Shown piece by piece: positions 17,637 through 25,873 of a DNA stretch of 64,000 nucleotides. The notes beneath the pieces are model-generated. The model was given only the letters and a program-made list of their open reading frames with translations, had not been told where the DNA came from and ran no database searches. Made by a program: the position numbers and the translations under genes. Source of the DNA: Deltaproteobacteria bacterium (lineage in GTDB: Bacteria > Myxococcota_A > Polyangia > Polyangiales > Ga0077539); assembly GCA_030694465.1 (NCBI GenBank), contig JAUXYJ010000103.1, forward strand, positions 91,057 to 155,056. The letters are read 5' to 3'. Within the stretch, counting starts at the first letter, position 1. Each line of letters starts with the position of its first letter.

Positions 17637-17652
17637 CCGGCGACGTCGCCGG
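17637..17652. repeat. Second intergenic copy of the palindrome CCGGCGACGTCGCCGG between convergent genes
   Basis: Lies 2 nt after the TAA of the NUDIX gene and 14 nt before the stop of 17666..19609(-). Confidence 0.45.
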
Positions 17653-17665
17653 GTGCAGCCCTGGA

Positions 17666-19609
17666 CTAAGCGGGGCTCGCCACCGGTGGCATCAAGCGTC
17701 GCGATGCCTCGGCGAACGAGAGAGAGGCCTCTTCGCGACCGAGCGCACGATAAAACGTGGACAACAGCGAGAGCGCGGCCACTTCACCCGCTCCTTCGCG
17801 GCGAGAACGCGCGGTCGCGAGCGCCGCGAGCGTAGAGCGCACTGCGCGTCCCATATCACCCGTCGAGGCCTGCGCGAGAGCAGCCGTGAGCAAGGTCTTC
17901 GCGTCTTGGTGATCCTCTGGCCCACGCGCGTCCGCGAGCTGAAGCGCTCTTTGGACATTGCCCCGGACGAGGGCCGCCAACGTGCGCAGTCGCTGCGCGC
18001 CCTCGGGGTCGTCCTGTGCGTCGAGCTGGCCCGCGGCGCTCTCAAGGCTCACCGCGTCAAGCGGCTTAGAGCGTGACGGCCGCGAGAGTCCACCCGTGAC
18101 GGTGACCGAGACCACTGGCCCCATGTCATCCAGGATCGCCCGCGCGATCGTCGCGACCTCAAGCGAGTTAAACTCTCGGCGCGCCAACACGAGGTATCTG
18201 AGCGCGGTGGTCTTGAGCCCCGCCTTGTCGGCCGTGGCAGCAGCCTGCGCAAACGTGCGGGCGGCCTCGGTCGCTTGCTGTGCACCCAGCAGCCGCTCAC
18301 CCTGCGCAGCGAGCGCAACGGCTCCCGAATGCAGCACCTCGACGGCGCGGATCGAGGGGGCTCCTGCAGCGATGCGCACAGACTCATCGATCCGGACGCG
18401 CTCGTTGCTGTCATGCACAAGAGCCTGCGAAATAAGGGTCGAGAGCAAGCTCTGTGGGTCTTGCCCAAACAGCCCGCGCAACAGCGCCGCGGCGGTCGCG
18501 AGGCTGCGCCCGTCACCGAGCGCGGTGAGCGTCGCCAAGGCCGCGCGAAGCGGCATGTCCATGTCCTCGATTCGCGCGTTGATGGCCACACGCGGAGAGT
18601 CTTTGCGCCGCAGAACGGGCCGCTCTCGCTTGCGCCATTGCCCTTCTTTGAGCACCAGGGACCCGAGCTGAATGGCCGCGCGGACCGCGTGCGCGATGCG
18701 CCCAGGCAGCATTTCACCTTTGCGCGCGAGTCGTCGCTCAATGCGAGGGTCCGTGGGCTCACCAAGGATCTGCCTCACCAGCGCGCGGGCGTCATAGTCG
18801 CGGAGGGCGCCCAGGGTGATCCCCTCAGGCGGTACCCGGAAGGTCATCTCCATGGGGCGGCTCACGCGCACGATCACGGTGCGCCGTCGGCCCAGCTCTT
18901 CGGCGATCGGAACAAACGTGCGGGCACTCTCGGGCAACGGATCCGCGATCACCCACGCGTCCGCCGGTGCTCCCTGAAGCGCGCGCTCTACGCTGGCGAG
19001 TGAGCCATGAAGAATATCGCTCGGCAGGTACACCGCGGCACGCCCGACGCGCCGAGCGGCTTCTTCAATCACCCGCGACGCGCCCGCACCGGGCTCTGCA
19101 TGAACAATCACTGGGCAGCTCCGCTCGATGCACGCGAGGAGCGCGCTCACTTCGCGGTTGCGTGCGACCAGAGCGGGGCGCAACGGGAGGGTCCTGACAC
19201 GCTCACGTGCTTCGGCACGGCTTGCAAACTCCGGGGCCATCGCGACCGCGTAGCAAGGCAATTTCCAAGTCGGACGCGATTTAGGTTTAACCACAAAGAG
19301 TTCGCGTTCGAGTCTCCTGTGTGCGCCGGCTTCGAGCAAGAGTTCGCCCTCTTCGGCCGCACACGCGAGGGCGACGGCGCGCTCACGGGCCCGCTGCGTA
19401 AACTCAGACTCTAGCGCCACAGCGCCAGCGATCCCCTGCTGAAGCAAGGGTGTGAGCTTGCAGAGCTGTGCAGCAGCGTCACTGGGATTGAGGGTCTCGA
19501 AGAAGTACGACTCGAGACAATCCGCCCAGCTTGCGGGGGCACCTAGCACTGCACGGGCTTCAACGAGAACGTCGTCTTGGCCGCGGAGAACAACGATCCA
19601 CGAGTCCAT
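17666..19609 (-). CDS. Large hypothetical protein with degenerate P-loop-like segment and TPR-like C-terminus
   Basis: 647 aa; segment IVHAEPGAGASRVIEEAARRVG resembles a Walker-A region lacking the Lys; Ala/Leu-rich helical repeats at the C-terminus; downstream of pspA on the same strand. Confidence 0.4.
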   Translation of the reverse strand: MDSWIVVLRGQDDVLVEARAVLGAPASWADCLESYFFETLNPSDAAAQLCKLTPLLQQGIAGAVALESEFTQRARERAVALACAAEEGELLLEAGAHRRLERELFVVKPKSRPTWKLPCYAVAMAPEFASRAEARERVRTLPLRPALVARNREVSALLACIERSCPVIVHAEPGAGASRVIEEAARRVGRAAVYLPSDILHGSLASVERALQGAPADAWVIADPLPESARTFVPIAEELGRRRTVIVRVSRPMEMTFRVPPEGITLGALRDYDARALVRQILGEPTDPRIERRLARKGEMLPGRIAHAVRAAIQLGSLVLKEGQWRKRERPVLRRKDSPRVAINARIEDMDMPLRAALATLTALGDGRSLATAAALLRGLFGQDPQSLLSTLISQALVHDSNERVRIDESVRIAAGAPSIRAVEVLHSGAVALAAQGERLLGAQQATEAARTFAQAAATADKAGLKTTALRYLVLARREFNSLEVATIARAILDDMGPVVSVTVTGGLSRPSRSKPLDAVSLESAAGQLDAQDDPEGAQRLRTLAALVRGNVQRALQLADARGPEDHQDAKTLLTAALAQASTGDMGRAVRSTLAALATARSRREGAGEVAALSLLSTFYRALGREEASLSFAEASRRLMPPVASPA

Positions 19610-19650
19610 GGTGTCTGAGTCCTGTTCGATCGACGCGAGCGCTAAGAAAA

Positions 19651-20331
19651 CTACTTCTTCAACCGCGCTTTGAGCGCCGCGATGTCATCGTCGAGCTGGT
19701 CTTTGCTCTCGCCTTTTTCAAGACGCCGAAACCTCTCTTCGAGGTCTGCTTTCTTGGGATCGTCCAAGATCGTGTGCGCCTCGGCCTCGGCTTCGAGCCC
19801 CTCGACGCGCTCCTGCAGCTCTTTAAAGCGTGCGAGCGCGGGCGTCGGGGCGCCTGCGTCGTCGCCAACGCCGTCGCCCGTTGTGCTGCGCGCTTTGACG
19901 ACCGCGGCAGCGAGTGACGCGCGGCGGGCTTTGAGCTCTTCGACCTTTTTCTCGAGCAAATCGATGGAGCTCTTGATGTCGTCTGACATCGCCGCTTGTT
20001 GGCTCCGCAGACGATCGGCGTCGACCGCGTCAGTCTCGGACTTCTTCTTGCGGCGCAGGGCCTCGCGGGCGAGCTCTTCGTCGCCGTGCTCGAGCGCCAG
20101 CATCGCCTTGTTCTCCCAAGACTCAGACTCTTTGACGTGTTCGGCGACTTTGCGCTCAAGCTGCTTGACCGAAGCCAAGGCTTGCACATGCTCTTGTCGG
20201 GCATTTTTCAGCTCGCTCAGCATGTCTTCGATGGTCTGCGCGATGATCTTCGCGGGGTCCTCGGCCTTGTCAATAAAGCTATTGATGTTGGCCTTGAGTG
20301 AGCGTCCGAAGCGATCGAGAATTCCCATGAC
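19651..20331 (-). CDS. pspA: PspA/IM30 family phage-shock protein A
   Basis: MGILDRFGRSLKANINSFIDKAEDPAKII... is the conserved PspA N-terminus; coiled-coil throughout. The annotated ORF starts upstream at 20412 but Met at 20331 matches the family N-terminus. Confidence 0.8.
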   Translation of the reverse strand, partial: VMGILDRFGRSLKANINSFIDKAEDPAKIIAQTIEDMLSELKNARQEHVQALASVKQLERKVAEHVKESESWENKAMLALEHGDEELAREALRRKKKSETDAVDADRLRSQQAAMSDDIKSSIDLLEKKVEELKARRASLAAAVVKARSTTGDGVGDDAGAPTPALARFKELQERVEGLEAEAEAHTILDDPKKADLEERFRRLEKGESKDQLDDDIAALKARLKK

Positions 20332-20557
20332 TCTGAATGCCTCCTGAGGGAGCAAAAAAACAATGAAGGTGGTGGTGAACCGCGGACCTGTAGAACCACC
20401 CAGACAGCACAACCGGTGTTGTTCTACGTGAGTTTGAGCCGGTCACACACCGTGAACCACGCAGCCTACAAGCGTGAGCGGTTGTAGCACAGACACTTCA
20501 TGCACGTTGTGGTGGTAGCAAACGAGCGAGCCGTGCAATCATCCGGCGAATTCTACG

Positions 20558-21538
20558 ATGTTGACGGGACAGAAGATTTTTCTTTCGGGCGGGGCGGGTT
20601 TCATTGGATCGCGGCTGGTCAAACAGCTCGCAGACCACAACGAGTGCATTGTCTACGACCTCATGCGCCGCAACGCGCTCGGCGACGAGGGCATGGACAA
20701 GCACCCAAACGTCAAGGTCATCCAAGGCGACGTCTGTGACCGCGCCAAGATGACCGAGGCCATGCGCGGTGCAGACTATGTCGTGCATTTGGCCTCGATT
20801 GCCGGCGTCGACACGGTGCTGAAAAACCCCGTTCCGACCATGGAAATCGCTCTTGAGGGCACCATGAACGCCCTGCGCGCGGCGCGAGACGGCGGGACGT
20901 GTAAGCGCTTTGTCGACTTCAGCACGTCAGAGGTCTTTGGGACCCACGCCTACCGCGTGAGCGAGACCGACGTCACCACGCTCGGCGCCGTGGGCGAAGC
21001 GCGCTGGACGTACGCCGTCGCCAAGCTCGCGACCGAGCACCTCGCGCACAACTATCACCAGCAATTTGGGCTGCCGACGGTCAGTATCCGGCCCTTCAAC
21101 GTGTTTGGCCCTGGGCAGATCGGCGAGGGGGCAATTCACGCGTTTGTCACCCGCGCCATCCGTGGCGAGACGCTCAGAATTCACAACGACGGCGACCAGA
21201 TCCGCGCGTGGTGCTTCATCGATGACATGGTCGAGGCAGTGCTGCTCGCGATGGAGCGCCCCGAAGCGATCGGCCAGGCGTTTAACATCGGAAACGCGCG
21301 CTCGTCGGTCACCATCTATCAGCTCGCGCGCTTGATCGTGAGGCTCTCGGGCTCGTCCTCTCCCATCGAGTTTGTCCCGTGGGACTTCGCCGACGTCGAG
21401 CTCAGGATCCCTTCGACCACCAAAGCGCAGAATCTCTTGGGATTTCGCGCACAGACAGACCTCGAAGACGGCCTCCTTCGCACCATCGCGTGGTACCGCA
21501 AGAAGATCGAACGCGACGCCGCAGCCGCTGCAGGCTGA
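20558..21538 (+). CDS. NAD-dependent epimerase/dehydratase (extended SDR)
   Basis: GGAGFIGS Rossmann motif; YxxxK region. Confidence 0.8.
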   Translation: MLTGQKIFLSGGAGFIGSRLVKQLADHNECIVYDLMRRNALGDEGMDKHPNVKVIQGDVCDRAKMTEAMRGADYVVHLASIAGVDTVLKNPVPTMEIALEGTMNALRAARDGGTCKRFVDFSTSEVFGTHAYRVSETDVTTLGAVGEARWTYAVAKLATEHLAHNYHQQFGLPTVSIRPFNVFGPGQIGEGAIHAFVTRAIRGETLRIHNDGDQIRAWCFIDDMVEAVLLAMERPEAIGQAFNIGNARSSVTIYQLARLIVRLSGSSSPIEFVPWDFADVELRIPSTTKAQNLLGFRAQTDLEDGLLRTIAWYRKKIERDAAAAAG

Positions 21539-21592
21539 GCCTCGCTATTTCCCTCAAAGACCCACCAGAGACGCGCGAAAGCGAATCGCCCC

Positions 21593-22765
21593 ATGAGCCT
21601 CGACGAGCAAACCATCGACCTGTCGCAGATCGCAGCCGATGGCTGGTACGACCAGCTCGTAGACTCGTCTCCTGCGCTGGCGCGCCTCGCGACCGCGCTC
21701 GGCGATGGCCTGCTCGCGCTCTCGCTCGTCGCTGGATTTCGCATCGAATCTGCGGTGACAGAGCGCACGACCGAGGCCCTCCAAGAGCTCCGTTGGCACA
21801 AGAGCCAAGAGCTCTCACCGACGCTCGCCTCGCTCACCGAAGAGCTCCGCGTGAGCCGTGACCAAGACCCTGCGACGACACCCGCTCAGGTCAACTTTCG
21901 TGGCCCTATCGCGACACTCCGCACAGAGGTCCTTGCCTCGCTCGTCGGCGAGGCCGAGAGCGCCGTGTCCGCCGAGGACGTCTCGCGCTCGCCCGAGACC
22001 CTGCGCGCGTTCATCGGTGCGCGGTCGGCGCTGCTCGCGCCCTTGTTTGGCCTGGGTCTGCGGACGCTACGGCTTTCAGCCGAGGGCGACGCGCGTGTCG
22101 TTGTGGCCCATGACAACATCGAAGAGGTCGTCCCGCTCAAGCAGCTCCGGCGCTTTTTGCGGCAGCGCGTCGTCGAGGTGCTTCAACAGAGCGCGGGTCG
22201 TTCGCAGGTCGCGATTGAGCTCGCTCAGGCAGATTTGGCCCAAATCGCGCTCGACGAAGGTCGACCCCAAGAGGTCGTCGCGAGGCTTATCAGCTGGATC
22301 GCGCCCTTGTCGGTCTACCATCGCAGCCCTGAAGGCCAGGCGCTCGACCCCAGCGTCCGCGCACGGCTTGCCCGTGCGTTGGGAGCGCTCGCGCAAGCCT
22401 ATGGCCAGCTCGGTCGCCTCGATGAACAGCACGAGACCCTGCGTTTGTCCCTGCAATATGCGCTCGATGGCGAAGCTGCCGGGCCGCTGTTTTTAGCGCT
22501 CGGACACACGTTTTTGTCCCAGGCGCGTTTTGGCGAGGCCATCGGTCCGTTTCGTCGCGCCCGCACGTTGAAAGTAGACGAGGCTCTGGTGCTTCCGCCT
22601 CTCGCGCGGGCTCTTCATGGCGCAGGCCGCTCGGTCGCCGCCCTCGCGTGCGTCCGATCGCTCAGCACACGCACTGCCGAAGACGACGCGCTCTTGCAGA
22701 CCCTCCATGACGCGCTTGGCGAGCCAGCGAGCGCGCTCGATGCGCACATGGCGCGCCAGCACTGA
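21593..22765 (+). CDS. Hypothetical protein, helical/TPR-like C-terminus
   Basis: ORF with Ala/Leu-rich helical repeats; no catalytic motifs. Confidence 0.35.
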   Translation: MSLDEQTIDLSQIAADGWYDQLVDSSPALARLATALGDGLLALSLVAGFRIESAVTERTTEALQELRWHKSQELSPTLASLTEELRVSRDQDPATTPAQVNFRGPIATLRTEVLASLVGEAESAVSAEDVSRSPETLRAFIGARSALLAPLFGLGLRTLRLSAEGDARVVVAHDNIEEVVPLKQLRRFLRQRVVEVLQQSAGRSQVAIELAQADLAQIALDEGRPQEVVARLISWIAPLSVYHRSPEGQALDPSVRARLARALGALAQAYGQLGRLDEQHETLRLSLQYALDGEAAGPLFLALGHTFLSQARFGEAIGPFRRARTLKVDEALVLPPLARALHGAGRSVAALACVRSLSTRTAEDDALLQTLHDALGEPASALDAHMARQH

Positions 22766-22772
22766 GACTCTG

Positions 22773-24353
22773 TTAGCTCTGCAAATACGCAAGCGGATCG
22801 ATCTTCATCCGTGCACAGAGCTTGCGCGCTCGGTCCGAGTGGTTGGTCTTGGCTCCCTGCGCGCTGTCACCGTCGAAGAGCCAACGGCCTGCCTCGGCCA
22901 ACGAGCGCGAGCGCCTGAGCGCTTCAAGCACCAGCGCATGCTGCACGCGCTCGACGCGATGCAACGAAGCGGGGGCGTTCTCAGCGCCTTGCTGCGCAGC
23001 GTATGAGGGCGCGAGCCCGCCACCGGTGGCTGGCGCCCACAGCTCTGAGAGTCGTGTGATTTCGCTGGCGACATCGTCGGTATCAATCAGCCCTTCGCTC
23101 GCGCTCGCGCACATCCGCAGCACCGATTGGGACAGGTCGCGAAAGTTGTGTGGCCAGCGCGCTTGCTCGCTCCGCGCGAACGCCAAATAGGTCTTGAGCC
23201 CTGCGCGAGAGAACCGCACTTGGCGCTTGTACGTGTCGGCGAAGCGCTCAAGCTCAAAGCGCAGGTTCTCTTCGATGTCTTCGCGTCGCTCGCGCAAGGG
23301 CGGAAGACAAAAAGACCACGTCGAGATCCGCGCCAAGAGGTCATCGCGAAAGCGTCCCGCCTGCACTTCGACACGCAGATCACGGTTGGTCCCGCACACC
23401 AGCGCAAACCGCGAGTGCACGGGCGTGTCTGCACCCACCGGAAAAAACCGCCCCTCTTCGATCGCGGTCAACAGCACGGCCTGCTCTTCGAGCCCAAGCT
23501 CGCCGACCTCGTCGAGAAACAGCATGCCCTCGTCCGCGGCCAGCAAATAGCCTTTGCGATCGCGCTCTGCGCCCGTGAACGCCCCGCGCTTGTGGCCAAA
23601 GAGAGCGCTCTCTCGGAGCGCCCCACGCAGCGTCGCGCAGTTGACCTCGACAAGCGGACCATCGAGCGCGCCACGTGCCTTTCTAAGCGCGTAGATCCTG
23701 CGCGCCAGTGCGCTCTTGCCCACGCCCGTCTCGCCCCACAGGAGCAGCGGGACGGGCGGCCCCAGCGCCGCGCGCTCAAGCGACGCGATGAGCCCCGCGA
23801 AGACCTCGGAGCGCGTCTCGATGCCCATCTTGAGCAGCGACTGCCCTTCGAGCTGCTGGGTGTGTCTTCGCCGCGCGATGGCCGGATAGCGCGAGAGATC
23901 GAGGTCCACGATGTCGAGGGGGCCCGGGGGACCGTCGCGTTTTCCGGGGCGGGTCTGCACCAAGCGCGCGGGAGCAAAACGCTCGCTGACGAGCAGGTAC
24001 CAGACGATCTGCATCACGTGTGTCCCAGTCGTGAGGTGCACGTAGTACTCGCAGCGGTCGTCCCAGGTCTGCGCACGACAGAACTCGTAGAAGCGCTCAT
24101 AGACTTCTTCGAAATCCCAGGGATTTTCTAGGGGAATGGGCACCCTCTCGACCTGCACCGACGGCGCGAGCTTCTTGAGATCTCGCACGAGCGCCACCGC
24201 ATACTCAGAGGTCTTGTCTTGCTCGAGCACGATCAGCCGGTCGACCGCGAGGAGGTCTGGCCGTCGCACACACTGCAGCGTCGGTCGCCACTGGCCCGGG
24301 GCGTCGAGCTTGGCCCCCAGCACCGAGATCATCACGCGCTCACGTGTCTTCAT
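22773..24353 (-). CDS. rtcR: Sigma-54-dependent transcriptional regulator RtcR (CARF-type N-terminal sensor domain + AAA+ sigma54-interaction domain + HTH)
   Basis: N-terminus matches E. coli RtcR: NPWDFEEVY, TTGTHVMQIVWYLL...PARLVQ, DLDLSRYPAIA. Sigma-54 domain: GETGVGKS, ESALFGHKRGAFTGA. Divergent from rtcB. Confidence 0.85.
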   Translation of the reverse strand: MKTRERVMISVLGAKLDAPGQWRPTLQCVRRPDLLAVDRLIVLEQDKTSEYAVALVRDLKKLAPSVQVERVPIPLENPWDFEEVYERFYEFCRAQTWDDRCEYYVHLTTGTHVMQIVWYLLVSERFAPARLVQTRPGKRDGPPGPLDIVDLDLSRYPAIARRRHTQQLEGQSLLKMGIETRSEVFAGLIASLERAALGPPVPLLLWGETGVGKSALARRIYALRKARGALDGPLVEVNCATLRGALRESALFGHKRGAFTGAERDRKGYLLAADEGMLFLDEVGELGLEEQAVLLTAIEEGRFFPVGADTPVHSRFALVCGTNRDLRVEVQAGRFRDDLLARISTWSFCLPPLRERREDIEENLRFELERFADTYKRQVRFSRAGLKTYLAFARSEQARWPHNFRDLSQSVLRMCASASEGLIDTDDVASEITRLSELWAPATGGGLAPSYAAQQGAENAPASLHRVERVQHALVLEALRRSRSLAEAGRWLFDGDSAQGAKTNHSDRARKLCARMKIDPLAYLQS

Positions 24354-24502
24354 TAAGATAGAAAGATATATCGATACAGATATACTAAGTGATTTTTCTC
24401 TGCATTTTTATGCTGATGAGGCTCTGGCATGGTCCGTGAAGTGAACTCTGGCATCAACGCGGCTCGAAGGGAGCACGCGGTGACACGAAAGGCAGAGCGA
24501 CC
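24354..24502. promoter_or_regulatory. rtcR-rtcB divergent intergenic region; AT-rich block (about 40% GC over 70 bp) with duplicated CTCTGGCAT motifs; expected site of RtcR UAS and sigma-54 promoter
   Basis: ttaagatagaaagatatatcgatacagatatactaagtgatttttctctgcattttta is atypically AT-rich for this genome. Two TGGCAT elements fall at 24424 and 24450, but no clean TGGCAC-N5-TTGC was found. Confidence 0.35.
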
Positions 24503-25765
24503 ATGAAGATCCACACGACCCCCAACCAGAAGAATGTGCGCATTTTTGCAGAGAATCTCGAGGCCAGCGCGCTCGCGCAGATCGAGAACATCGCGATGCT
24601 TCCCTCGATCGTGGGCGACCTCGCGTTGATGGCCGACGCGCACACGGGCAAGGGTGTGCCCATCGGGACGGTGTTTGCGACCGAGGATCTCGTGGTGCCC
24701 GATGTGATCTCAGGAGACATCGGGTGCGGGATGGTGCTGATGAAGACCACGCGCCGCGCCGAGGAGCTCAACGCGCGTTCGGTGCGCCATTTGCTTCAGA
24801 AAGTGAACAACCGGGTCTGCAAAAACATCCACCATCACGGGTCGAGCGAGCTCACCGCGATGCTGCCCAGCGTTGTCGACCGCGCAGAGCCCGTGGTGGC
24901 CAAGAGCGCTGAGCGTGCCGCGCGACAGCTCGGGACGCTCGGTGGCGGAAACCACTTTATCGAGCTTCAGCGCGACGAAGAGGGCATGTTGTGGGTGATG
25001 GTTCACTCGGGATCGCGTGGTCTTGGCCAGGCGGTCAACGGGTACTATCACGACGCTGCGTTGGCGCTCTGCGAGCGATTGGGCGCGAGTTATCCTCAGG
25101 GATTTCCCTATCTATTGGTAGACACCGACGAGGGCCGAGGGTACTTGGCCGAGCAGGCTTATTGCTTGCGTTATGCCGAGGCGAACCGTGAGCTCTTGCG
25201 GCGCGCGTGTGAAGAGAGCCTGCGCGAAGAGATCGGTGATTTTGAGGTCTCGCTTGTGGTCCAAACGCATCACAACTTTCTCTCGAAAGAGCGCTGGGAC
25301 GATCGTGATGTGTTTGTCCACCGCAAGGGTGCCGTCGCGGCCCCCGCGGGCGCCTTCGTGACCATCCCTGGCTCGATGGAAACATCCAGCTTTTTGTGCC
25401 GCGGAACAGGCTCTGCGCTCTCGCTCGGTTCGGTCTCTCACGGGGCTGGGCGCGCCAAGAGCCGCGGACAGATGACCCCCAAGGTCTATCTCAAGGACGA
25501 CAACGGTGAGGTGTTTCGAGACAAGGGCGGCTACGCGCGTGTCGATCGCCCCGCGACGGACGAGGCGCGCCGCGTCGCTGCAAAAGAGATGATCCTCGAG
25601 ATGGAAGCCAAGGGGATCACATTGGTCACGCACGACACCACCGGCGTGATCGATGAGCGCGCGCATGGCTACAAAGACGTCACACACGTGATCAACGCGC
25701 AGCGAGAGCTGCTCGAAGTGGTCACCGAGCTGTGGCCCCTGGGTGTCGTAAAGGCGCCCAACTAA
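24503..25765 (+). CDS. rtcB: RNA-splicing ligase RtcB (3'-phosphate/5'-OH RNA ligase)
   Basis: DAHTGKG, DIGCGM, GNHFIE, SHGAGR motifs; 420 aa. Confidence 0.9.
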   Translation: MKIHTTPNQKNVRIFAENLEASALAQIENIAMLPSIVGDLALMADAHTGKGVPIGTVFATEDLVVPDVISGDIGCGMVLMKTTRRAEELNARSVRHLLQKVNNRVCKNIHHHGSSELTAMLPSVVDRAEPVVAKSAERAARQLGTLGGGNHFIELQRDEEGMLWVMVHSGSRGLGQAVNGYYHDAALALCERLGASYPQGFPYLLVDTDEGRGYLAEQAYCLRYAEANRELLRRACEESLREEIGDFEVSLVVQTHHNFLSKERWDDRDVFVHRKGAVAAPAGAFVTIPGSMETSSFLCRGTGSALSLGSVSHGAGRAKSRGQMTPKVYLKDDNGEVFRDKGGYARVDRPATDEARRVAAKEMILEMEAKGITLVTHDTTGVIDERAHGYKDVTHVINAQRELLEVVTELWPLGVVKAPN

Positions 25766-25873
25766 ACGAGCGAATCACGGGAGAAATTCGGTGCTTCGCC
25801 GTCTTATATTTTCATAAGCTACTTTCGCGAGAGCAGATCAGGACACACCCTCGCGCGCACTGGTTTTTAACGA

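Noticed and set aside
20340-20557. Intergenic region between pspA and the epimerase, examined for a tRNA or small RNA
   Set aside because: No cloverleaf-compatible stems or conserved tRNA boxes were recognisable by eye. Not reportable without a tRNA scanner.
24424-24460. Possible sigma-54 -24/-12 promoter at the duplicated CTCTGGCAT elements upstream of rtcB
   Set aside because: TGGCAT is present but no TTGC(A/T) occurs at the correct spacing in either copy. I cannot call a promoter from sequence alone.
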